DNA of 64,000 nucleotides from an uncultured bacterium (GTDB lineage: Bacteria > Acidobacteriota > Thermoanaerobaculia > Multivoradales > JAHZIX01): positions 1-64,000 of the forward strand of contig CBDUPA010000018.1 in assembly GCA_965368975.1 (NCBI GenBank). Direction: 5' to 3'. The notes under the pieces are model-generated. The model did no database searches, was not told the DNA's origin, and was given only the letters and a program-made list of their open reading frames with translations. Made by a program: the position numbers and the translations under genes. This document shows, piece by piece, positions 51,785-59,639 of this stretch. Numbering within the stretch: the first letter of the stretch is position 1; every line of letters starts with the position of its first letter.

Positions 51785-53731
51785 CTAGACCTCCGCGGTG
51801 TTCTCGTCCTCGGTGACACTCTCCTCCACCGGTGGGTCCACCGTCTGCAGCGCCCGTTCCAGCGCGGCGACCGCTTCTTTACGCATCAGCAGAGTCAGGC
51901 GATCGAGGCGGCCGAGGCGATCGAGCAACGGGCCGAAGTGTGGCTCAGAGTCCGCCCAGCCGACCAGCGAACAGTACTTCTCCGATTCGCTGCTCAGCAG
52001 GTCGCGCACCAGCGCCTTGCGGTCGTCTCCCGGGGGCAGATCGAGCGTCTTGAACAACGCCTTTCCCTCGGCGAGCGCGACGTTCCAGGTGGTGAGCGCC
52101 AGTGCATCGTTGCTCAGCAGGTCGATGTAGGCCTGGCGCACGCTGCCGAACTCGTCGGATACCTGCCGCAGCACCACTACCGGGTGCTCAACCTCGAACT
52201 CGTCGCGCACCAGCTCGGCAATCAGCAGGTTCAGTTCGTCGTTGGGGGTCGCCGCCAGCACGCGGCAATCGCGCTCGACGCCCGCTTTGTCATAGGTCGA
52301 GACGTCGCGCGCGTCGCCCGAGACGGTGAGGATGTTCTGCTCGCGCAGCGGTGCCAGCTTCTGGCTTGACGAGTCGACCACCACGACCGTCCAGCCGCGG
52401 CGGCGGAAGCACTGCGCCAGCTCCGTCGAGATCTCGTTGGCACCGACCAGCACTAGGCGTCGACGCGATGGATCGCCGTAGTAGCCGAGCCAGCGCGGCA
52501 ACCAACTCGCCATGATGGTCGCCCAGGTACAGGTCGCCAGGATCACCAAGTAGACCAAGCCTTCCAGGCGCGCGGCATCTTCGGCATGGCCGGTAGCGCG
52601 CAGCGCGATCGCCGACAGCGACGCAACCGCCGCGGCGACGATACCGCGTGGTGCAGTGAGCGCCAACAACAGGCGTTCGCGAATGTCGAGCACACTCGGC
52701 GGTATCGACACGAATACCGACAATGGTCGCACCAAGAGGATCAAGCCGACGACCACCAAGCCGCCGCGCCAACCCAGACTGGCCATCGCCGACAGGTCGA
52801 GCTGCCCCGAGAGCAGCACGAAAAGCACGGAGATGAAGAGCACCGTCAACTGGCCCTTGAAGGCCTTGAGCGGCGACAAATCCGGGATCTGTGCTCCACC
52901 CACAATGATACCCATGACCACCGACGCCAGGATGCCCGACTGTTTGGACAGGTGCTCAGAGAGGAAGAAGCAGCCGAAGAGAATGGCCAGGGTCACCAGG
53001 CTGCGCAGCTCCTGCGGCACAAAGCGGCGGCGCAGCGCCATCACAGCCAGAACCGCACCGAAACCACCGACTACGGTCCCGTAGATGCCGAGGCTGAACA
53101 CCTGCTGCAGCATGGCTTGGAAGCCGAGGTCCGACCGCTCGATCCATTGCAGAACCAGGTAGGCGAGCAGCGCGCCGATCGGGTCGATCATCAACCCTTC
53201 TGACGCCAGCAGGGTGCGTGCCTTGCGAGGGGCCACCATGTGGCGCAGCAAGGGCGTGATGACCGTCGGCCCCGTGACCGTCACAATGGCACCGAAAAGA
53301 GCCGCCGTCGGCCACGACATGTCGATCAGGAAGTGCGCCAGCACCGCGGCACCAGCGCCGGTGACGGCGGCACCCACAGTCAACAAGTTGCGCAACGAGC
53401 TGCCTACCTGGCGTACCTGTACGAGATCCAGCGACAGTGACCCCTCGAACAGGATCAGGGCTACACCCAGATGCAGAATCACCTCCAGCGCATGGCCGAG
53501 ACTTCGCGGATCGAAGAAGCCGAGGCCAAACGGGCCGGCGGCCATGCCGAGCAACAGCAGCGGCAAAATGGCTGGCAGCTTGAAGCGGTGCGCGATCACC
53601 TGGGCAAAAATGCCCAGCACCACGGCGGCAACCACCGCGGCGAGCATGTCCTCCACCACGGCCACTTCCCCCTGTGTACTCTGGAGAAGGAAAGCTGACA
53701 GGGAGTCAAACCAGGAAAGATTCGGGGTCAT
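51785..53731 (-). CDS. CPA1 cation:proton antiporter with C-terminal TrkA-N/RCK domain
   Basis: ILFEG, VTGPTVI, EG...DPIGA, APRGIVAAAV, then G.N...GDA...A.T..DE.N. Start approximate. Confidence 0.88.
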   Translation of the reverse strand: MTPNLSWFDSLSAFLLQSTQGEVAVVEDMLAAVVAAVVLGIFAQVIAHRFKLPAILPLLLLGMAAGPFGLGFFDPRSLGHALEVILHLGVALILFEGSLSLDLVQVRQVGSSLRNLLTVGAAVTGAGAAVLAHFLIDMSWPTAALFGAIVTVTGPTVITPLLRHMVAPRKARTLLASEGLMIDPIGALLAYLVLQWIERSDLGFQAMLQQVFSLGIYGTVVGGFGAVLAVMALRRRFVPQELRSLVTLAILFGCFFLSEHLSKQSGILASVVMGIIVGGAQIPDLSPLKAFKGQLTVLFISVLFVLLSGQLDLSAMASLGWRGGLVVVGLILLVRPLSVFVSIPPSVLDIRERLLLALTAPRGIVAAAVASLSAIALRATGHAEDAARLEGLVYLVILATCTWATIMASWLPRWLGYYGDPSRRRLVLVGANEISTELAQCFRRRGWTVVVVDSSSQKLAPLREQNILTVSGDARDVSTYDKAGVERDCRVLAATPNDELNLLIAELVRDEFEVEHPVVVLRQVSDEFGSVRQAYIDLLSNDALALTTWNVALAEGKALFKTLDLPPGDDRKALVRDLLSSESEKYCSLVGWADSEPHFGPLLDRLGRLDRLTLLMRKEAVAALERALQTVDPPVEESVTEDENTAEV

Positions 53732-53996
53732 GAAGTCGGGTCTCGCTAATGAGTCAGGCGGGAGGGTTGCGGACAGCACGAATGCCGGGGGGCGAGTATG
53801 CCACAAGTCGAACGCCCAGCACTGGCCCTGGAGGCCACAGCCCCACTGCTGGCAGCCGACGTTTCCGCAACTCTTTGTCCCGTACAACGTAGTTCGATAC
53901 ACATCCAGATCATCAGGGCAGCTCTGTCCCAAGATCACTTGATGTCTCCGGGTCCACTGTACTCAACACCCGTAACTGTCGAAGAGGAGATTCACC

Positions 53997-54140
53997 ATGA
54001 AGAAGCAGACTCAGCGCAAGAACCTCAAGCTCCGCAAGGACACGCTACACCAACTGGTGGAAGACAAGCTGGAGCAGGCCCAGGGCGGCTACTACGGTGG
54101 GACAGATGACGTCATCTGCCATTCGCGTACCACCAACTGA
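53997..54140 (+). CDS. Orphan double-glycine-leader peptide precursor (47 aa), not in the ORF track
   Basis: GAGGAG RBS. MKKQTQRKNLKLRKDTLHQLVEDKLEQAQGG-YYGGTDDVICHSRTTN. Hairpin actgaggcc/ggcctcagt at 54165-54198 follows. Confidence 0.75.
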   Translation: MKKQTQRKNLKLRKDTLHQLVEDKLEQAQGGYYGGTDDVICHSRTTN

Positions 54141-54230
54141 CTCGACGATCCGCTAGGTCAGTCCACTGAGGCCAACGAAGCGATGTAGCGGCCTCAGTCG
54201 AGTCCTCGCAGCACAGCGGCGAGACGTGCA

Positions 54231-54398
54231 ATGCGCAACCTTGTCCATGGCCCCACCTTTCTGCTCAGTATGGCCCTCTGCCTGGCTGTCGCTGGCCTGG
54301 TTCACTGGGCTTCAGGGCTCTCTTTCCTGGTTGCCATGGGTCTCGTCCTCGCCGCCGTGCTGCTCAATGGCGCTGTCATTGCCTGGTTCGAAGACTAG
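54231..54398 (+). CDS. Small hydrophobic membrane protein (55 aa), not in the ORF track
   Basis: MRNLVHGPTFLLSMALCLAVAGLVHWASGLSFLVAMGLVLAAVLLNGAVIAWFED; two TM-like helices. Confidence 0.5.
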   Translation: MRNLVHGPTFLLSMALCLAVAGLVHWASGLSFLVAMGLVLAAVLLNGAVIAWFED

Positions 54399-54428
54399 GA
54401 AGCCTCAAACCTCCGCTAGACTTGAGCC

Positions 54429-55250
54429 ATGCCCAAACTCAACGTCAATGGCGCCGAAGTTCACTACCAGGAACACGGGGCAGGTGAGCAGACGATCGTC
54501 TTCGCCCACGGCCTGCTCTTCGATGGCCGCTTGTTCGCGCCGCAGGTCGAGGCCTTGCAGGACCGGTACCGATGCATCACCTTCGACTTCCGTGGCCAGG
54601 GGCAGAGCGAGGTCACGCCCGACGGCTACGACATGGATACCCTGGCCGAGGACGCCGCGGCGTTGATCGAAGCGCTCGACTGCGGCCCGTGCCACTTCGC
54701 GGGCCTGTCGATGGGCGGCTTCATCGCTCTTCGCTTGGCGATCCACCGACCCGAGCTGCTGCGCTCGATCATGCTCCTGGACACTTCGGCCGATCCCGAA
54801 CCGGCCGACAACGTACCGCGCTATCGCCGGCTCAACTTCGTCGCCCGCTGGTTCGGCCTGCGCCTGGTTGCCGGCAAGGTGATGCCGATTCTCTTCAGCC
54901 AGAGCTTCCTGAACGACCCGCAGCGCCGCGACGAACAAGCCGAATACCGCCGACGCGTGATCGGCAATCATCGCCTCGGCATCAGTCGCGCGGTGCGCGG
55001 AGTCATCGAACGCCAAGGCGTCGCCGACGAGTTGCACCAGATCACGGTTCCAACCCTGATCCTGGTCGGCGAAGAGGACGTGGCGACGGTGCCCGCCAAG
55101 TCCGAGCGCCTGCACAGCTTGATCGCCGGCTCGCAGCTGGTCACGATCCCGGCTGCCGGCCACTCGTCGACCCTCGAGCAGCCGGCACGCGTCAATGCTG
55201 AATTAGAGAAATTCTTGCAAGACATGGCGGCGCAATCTCCGGCATGTTGA
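54429..55250 (+). CDS. Alpha/beta-fold hydrolase (enol-lactonase-like)
   Basis: FAHG, DFRGQGQS, GLSMGG nucleophile elbow, GEED, AGHSS.LEQP. Confidence 0.9.
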   Translation: MPKLNVNGAEVHYQEHGAGEQTIVFAHGLLFDGRLFAPQVEALQDRYRCITFDFRGQGQSEVTPDGYDMDTLAEDAAALIEALDCGPCHFAGLSMGGFIALRLAIHRPELLRSIMLLDTSADPEPADNVPRYRRLNFVARWFGLRLVAGKVMPILFSQSFLNDPQRRDEQAEYRRRVIGNHRLGISRAVRGVIERQGVADELHQITVPTLILVGEEDVATVPAKSERLHSLIAGSQLVTIPAAGHSSTLEQPARVNAELEKFLQDMAAQSPAC

Positions 55251-55500
55251 CTAGAGAAAATTCAAACCACTCCACCTTGACAGCTGACAACGCACTGAGC
55301 TAGAACCAGTAGTATTCTCATCTATAGCGGCACCGGTCATTCCGGGCCTGCTCTCACCTCATCTTCTGTCGGGTCCTTCCTTTCAGGCTGTAGGCAGATC
55401 GTCCTTGCAAGCAGGGACAACGGTCTGGGCCACGCCTCGTCTACGAACGCCCGGGCGCTCCGAGCGTCTTCCGATAACCACCACCCAAGGAGGTAGGAGT

Positions 55501-55683
55501 ATGAAGAAGAGAATCCTCAGCCGATTGCTGGCCAAGGAACTGAGCACCGAAGAGTTGGGCATCCCGGCGGGCGGCACCGTTGTCGTCGCTCGGGCTGCCG
55601 CCGATGCCGATGGCGACGAGCCCAAGGGCCCGCCGGTCAGCACCCTGCTGGCAACCCTGCCGGACTACTCTGAGGACACCTGA
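55501..55683 (+). CDS. Graspetide precursor A (60 aa)
   Basis: AGGAG RBS. MKKRILSRLLAKELSTEELGIPAGG...STLLATLPDYSEDT. Paralog of 57062. Confidence 0.85.
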   Translation: MKKRILSRLLAKELSTEELGIPAGGTVVVARAAADADGDEPKGPPVSTLLATLPDYSEDT

Positions 55684-55826
55684 TCCCCGGCCAGGGCTCA
55701 CCGCATCGTTCCGGCGACCGAACTGCTCGACCGCAGTACGAATATCGGTCCGGGCGGTGAGCCCCTCTGACTCCCCTCTGACGAAGCTCGAACTTCACAT
55801 CCCGACTCCGGAGCTCGCAATCCACG

Positions 55827-57005
55827 ATGCCGCGCAAACGAATTCTGATCGTCTCTGAAGCGACCGACCTGCACGCCAATGCCATCGCCTACGCCCTGCG
55901 CAAGAAAGGGCACTTGTGCGAGTGCTTGTACACTCCCGATTTTCCGACTCTTCTCGGTGTTTCCATGAGGGTTGAACAGGAAGATTCCGCAGGCCGGTTT
56001 CATCTGCGCGGCCCAGGGCTCGAGAACGTCGACCAGAGTCAGCCGTTCGACACCGTCTGGCTCCGGCGGCCAGGCGCGCCTGTCATGCCGGACGACATGC
56101 ATCCAGGTGACCTGCAGATCGCGAGCCGGCAGTCCGAGCTGTTCCTGCTGGCGATCGCACCGTTCGTCGACCGGGATCCAAAGACCTTCTGGGTCAACCC
56201 GTATACCAGTGACCGCATCGCCGAACACAAGCCCTGTCAGTTGCGGACGGCCGCCGACTCGGGGCTGAAAATTCCCACCACGCTCTTCAGCAACGATCCG
56301 GTCGAGATCCGAGCCTTCTTCCGCGAGCACGGCGGCACGGTGGCGCACAAGCTCCTGCGCCCTGCCTCGTGGAGCGTTCAAGACGGCGACAAAGAACGCG
56401 TCTATGCGGCCTATACCGTACCTGTTGACGAAGACGACCTGCCCGAGGATGACGTCCTACGGCTCTGCCCGGGAATCTTCCAGCCGTACGTGGAGAAGGA
56501 CTTCGAAGTGCGCGCAGCCTGCCTCGGCGAGCATGTCGTCGCCGTGCGCATCAACTCGCAGACCGACGAACGAGCCGCCACCGACTGGCGAGCTGGTCAG
56601 ATCTACGTGGACATGGAGCCCTACGAGTTACCCGCCGACATCGCCGACGGTTGTCGACGTTTCCTCAAGACGATGAAACTCAACCATGCCTCGTTCGACT
56701 TCGTGGTCACACCGGAGGGGGAACACGTGTTCCTCGAGATCAACCCGCAGGGCCAGTTTCTGTTTCTCGAGACCCGTGCAGACCTGCCCCTCCTCGATAT
56801 GTTCTCCGAGTACCTGATCGCCGGCCGTCACGATTTCCAATGGCGGGAAGACCACGAAGTCATCCGCTTCTCCGAATTCGAGAAGACCTGGGACAGCACC
56901 TGGGCGGAGGTCACCGCCAAGCACAAGCGCCTGCGACGAGCCCTCGGAGCTCCTGAGAATTCGCGGGTCTCGGATGCTGAAGACGGTGGCTCGAATCCAA
57001 GCTGA
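55827..57005 (+). CDS. ATP-grasp peptide maturase (MvdC/MvdD-RimK-like, graspetide ligase)
   Basis: D.HA, VWLRR, W.NP, K..QL..A...GLKIP.TL.SND, PGIFQ.YVEK.FEVR, DWR, FLEINPQGQFLFLE. Confidence 0.92.
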   Translation: MPRKRILIVSEATDLHANAIAYALRKKGHLCECLYTPDFPTLLGVSMRVEQEDSAGRFHLRGPGLENVDQSQPFDTVWLRRPGAPVMPDDMHPGDLQIASRQSELFLLAIAPFVDRDPKTFWVNPYTSDRIAEHKPCQLRTAADSGLKIPTTLFSNDPVEIRAFFREHGGTVAHKLLRPASWSVQDGDKERVYAAYTVPVDEDDLPEDDVLRLCPGIFQPYVEKDFEVRAACLGEHVVAVRINSQTDERAATDWRAGQIYVDMEPYELPADIADGCRRFLKTMKLNHASFDFVVTPEGEHVFLEINPQGQFLFLETRADLPLLDMFSEYLIAGRHDFQWREDHEVIRFSEFEKTWDSTWAEVTAKHKRLRRALGAPENSRVSDAEDGGSNPS

Positions 57006-57061
57006 AGTTCATTCGGAGCGTCCGAATGATGGAAAGGCAACCCTTTTGAGGAGGAATTCAC

Positions 57062-57250
57062 ATGAAGAAGCGCATTCTCGGCCGCATGCTCGCCAGAGAG
57101 CTGTCGTTGGAAGAACTGGGCATCCCCGCGGGCGGTACGATCATCGCCGCCAGGTCGCTCGACGCCGATGCTGGCGGTGACGACGGAGACCAGGGCCCAC
57201 CGATCAGCACCCTGGCGCTGACGCTGCCGGACTACACGGAAGACGCCTGA
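57062..57250 (+). CDS. Graspetide precursor B (62 aa)
   Basis: GAGGAGGA RBS. MKKRILGRMLARELSLEELGIPAGG...STLALTLPDYTEDA. Confidence 0.85.
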   Translation: MKKRILGRMLARELSLEELGIPAGGTIIAARSLDADAGGDDGDQGPPISTLALTLPDYTEDA

Positions 57251-57258
57251 CGTCTTCC

Positions 57259-57295
57259 AGCCCACCGCTCTGTCCCCGAGGCCGGGCGGTGGGCT
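57259..57295 (+). terminator. Hairpin ending the graspetide locus
   Basis: agcccaccgctc / gggcggtgggct followed by a pyrimidine run. Confidence 0.6.
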
Positions 57296-57391
57296 CCCTT
57301 CCTATCTCAGAAGCACCACAAGATGCCATAGACAGGGTCTGGACCGGGCACGCACGCTTTCTCGCGTTGTTCGCAGAGGGAGTGACTTGTC

Positions 57392-59437
57392 ATGAGTTCA
57401 GCAAGAGACTCGAAGCAGTATAGCAACTACCAGGAGTTGATCCTCCGCCTTGAGCCGGATGGAAGGGGCGGTTTTTGCGCACACGCGCAGTTGCCGGAGA
57501 ATGGCGGCTCAGCGTCGTTCGAGCCACCGTTCCGCCCCAGCGAGTTGGTCGAATTCAATCGCGGCATCAGACGCTCTGCGTCGGCAGCGGAACAGGGGAC
57601 GTACTCTCGCCCTCTGCTACCAGCCCGCGAACTCGGAGAACAGCTGTTCCGCAGCCTCTTCCATGGCCAAATCAAGCGCAGTTTCGATCGCCTCCTCGGA
57701 AGTCTAGAGCAGGGCGGCCGGGATCGACTACGCCTGCGCCTACTCTTCGATCCAAGTCAGCCGGGAATCGCCGAGCACGCGTCCTTGCCCTGGGAACTGC
57801 TCTACGACAGCAACTCGGGCGGCTTCCTGGGGCAGCGGTTGGACTTTTCGGTAGTGCGCCGCCTGGGAACCCCCGTGCGCTGCAGCCAATCTACCCGCAC
57901 CGGCCGATTGCGGGTACTGGTCGCCAAAGCTCAGACCTCGCACCATCTCGACCTGAAGTCCGAGGAACTCAAGATCCGCCAGGCTTGGGAGCAACATGGC
58001 CGGGTCAGCGTGGATGTCTTCCGCGCCACCGACCGCGACTCTCTGCGCGATAAGCTCCGTTCACGCAACTATCACGTAGTGCACTTCATGGGGCATGGCG
58101 ACTACGATCCGAGCACCGGCCGTGGGCACTTGCTCCTCGAAGGCAAGGGCAGTGAGCCGGAATCACTGACAGCCAAAGTACTGGCGAACGATCTCAGTGA
58201 TCTCCCCACACGCTTGGTGGTGCTCAACACCTGCCTCAGTGGTTATCACTCTTGCCGGCAAGACCATGATCCCTACAACGGCATCGCAACCGCCCTGGTG
58301 CAGCACGGCGTGCCAGCAGTGGTCGCCATGCAGTTCCGAATCACCGATGCAGCCGCTATCGCTTTCAGCGGAGCTTTCTACCGAGCTCTGGCACGCAGCG
58401 AACCGATCGATGCCGCGATGGTGGAAGGCCGCAAGGCGATCTACAGCCGCGACGAGACGTCCGTGGAATGGGCGATCCCGGCACTCTTCCTAAGTGTCGA
58501 CGACGGGCACCTCTTCGACCTGAAAAGCAACCCTTACCGCACGGCCTCACTACCGCCGCCGCCCGTTCTTCCCGCCAAAGTAAGTCGCTCTCCGCGCCAC
58601 GGCCTGGCACTCGGCGCTATGGCCGCTTCCCTGCTCGCCTTGATTGGCGCGGGAATCTCGCAGTGGGACCGCGCCGAGCGACAGCACTTCGCCTCTCCGT
58701 CAGCGGTCTCGATGCAACTAGAATCAACTCTCTTCTCCGCCGCCGACAACCCGCCACAGTGCCCATCTCCGCCGGACCTCGATATGGCTTTCGTCTTCAT
58801 TCCACCCGGCAGTGCCAGCATCGGCAGCACCTCGCCGGAAGATCATCACCCCTTGGAACCGACCCACTTCCAACTCCGGAAAGGACTGTGCGTAGGCAAG
58901 ACCGAAGTCACCGAGACGCAGTGGAATCGCCTCGGGGAGCCGCACACGGGAGACTTCCACGAGGGTGATTACCCAATCACGGGTATCTCGCGAGAAGAAG
59001 TATCCGGGTTCCTACGCCGCGCCAACCACAACGACCTGCACGAGCAGAGGGTCCGCTTGCCGACCGATGAGGAGTGGGAGTACATCCTGCGCGCGAACAC
59101 AGCCACCCCCTACTTCTTCGGCAGCGACCCAGCTCTACTACCCAAGTATGGTAACTGTAAGGCTCCGGGCTACGAGAACGAAGATGGCTTCGACCGACCG
59201 GCTCCAGTGGGTGAATTCCAGCCCAACCCTTTCGGCATCTATGGTCTGGTCGGCAATGTCTTCGAATGGGTTACATCTGACGCTCCTGATGTCGAACCGG
59301 GACAGGCCGTGCGACGCGGCGGCAGCTACCAGAGCACGAAGATGTGCCGCTCAGCGTCTCGCAGCATTGTCAGCGCCTCCTGGAAACACCACGACAGTGG
59401 ATTCCGCCTAGTGCGAGATCCGGTCGCTGTACCTTGA
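57392..59437 (+). CDS. CHAT-domain protein with TM segment and C-terminal FGE/SUMF1-like domain
   Basis: LPWELL, VVHFMGHG, LVVLNTC, VPAVVAMQF.I.D.AA..F...FY; hydrophobic segment; TEVT..QW, RLPT.EEWEY, PNPFG.Y...GNV.EW, RGGS, GFRL. Confidence 0.88.
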   Translation: MSSARDSKQYSNYQELILRLEPDGRGGFCAHAQLPENGGSASFEPPFRPSELVEFNRGIRRSASAAEQGTYSRPLLPARELGEQLFRSLFHGQIKRSFDRLLGSLEQGGRDRLRLRLLFDPSQPGIAEHASLPWELLYDSNSGGFLGQRLDFSVVRRLGTPVRCSQSTRTGRLRVLVAKAQTSHHLDLKSEELKIRQAWEQHGRVSVDVFRATDRDSLRDKLRSRNYHVVHFMGHGDYDPSTGRGHLLLEGKGSEPESLTAKVLANDLSDLPTRLVVLNTCLSGYHSCRQDHDPYNGIATALVQHGVPAVVAMQFRITDAAAIAFSGAFYRALARSEPIDAAMVEGRKAIYSRDETSVEWAIPALFLSVDDGHLFDLKSNPYRTASLPPPPVLPAKVSRSPRHGLALGAMAASLLALIGAGISQWDRAERQHFASPSAVSMQLESTLFSAADNPPQCPSPPDLDMAFVFIPPGSASIGSTSPEDHHPLEPTHFQLRKGLCVGKTEVTETQWNRLGEPHTGDFHEGDYPITGISREEVSGFLRRANHNDLHEQRVRLPTDEEWEYILRANTATPYFFGSDPALLPKYGNCKAPGYENEDGFDRPAPVGEFQPNPFGIYGLVGNVFEWVTSDAPDVEPGQAVRRGGSYQSTKMCRSASRSIVSASWKHHDSGFRLVRDPVAVP

Positions 59438-59454
59438 AGTCTGCTCCGGGTGCA

Positions 59455-59560
59455 CCGGCCTAGAACGACCTTCTGTGCTTGCGCAGCGGAGCCGATGCAG
59501 ACGAACAGAAAGAGAGCCACCACGGCAGACGAAACTAGATAGCGGCGTATGAGACCTCCT
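59455..59560 (-). pseudogene. Possible 5' remnant of a secreted-protein gene (RBS, ATA in place of ATG, signal peptide)
   Basis: AGGAGG-tctc-ATA-RRYLVSSAVVALFLFVCIGSAAQA-QKVVLG, then the frame runs into the antisense of the CHAT gene. Confidence 0.45.
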
Positions 59561-59639
59561 CAATGGGCACTAGACGCACGAACAACGCCGGAAGACTGGA
59601 TGCCCCCCGGCGCTGAGTGCACATCGAGTTCGTGCCCGC

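Noticed and set aside
55277-55306. TTGACA-N18-TAGAAC as a sigma-70 promoter for the graspetide locus
   Set aside because: Plausible, but the -10 match is weak. Not enough support to call.
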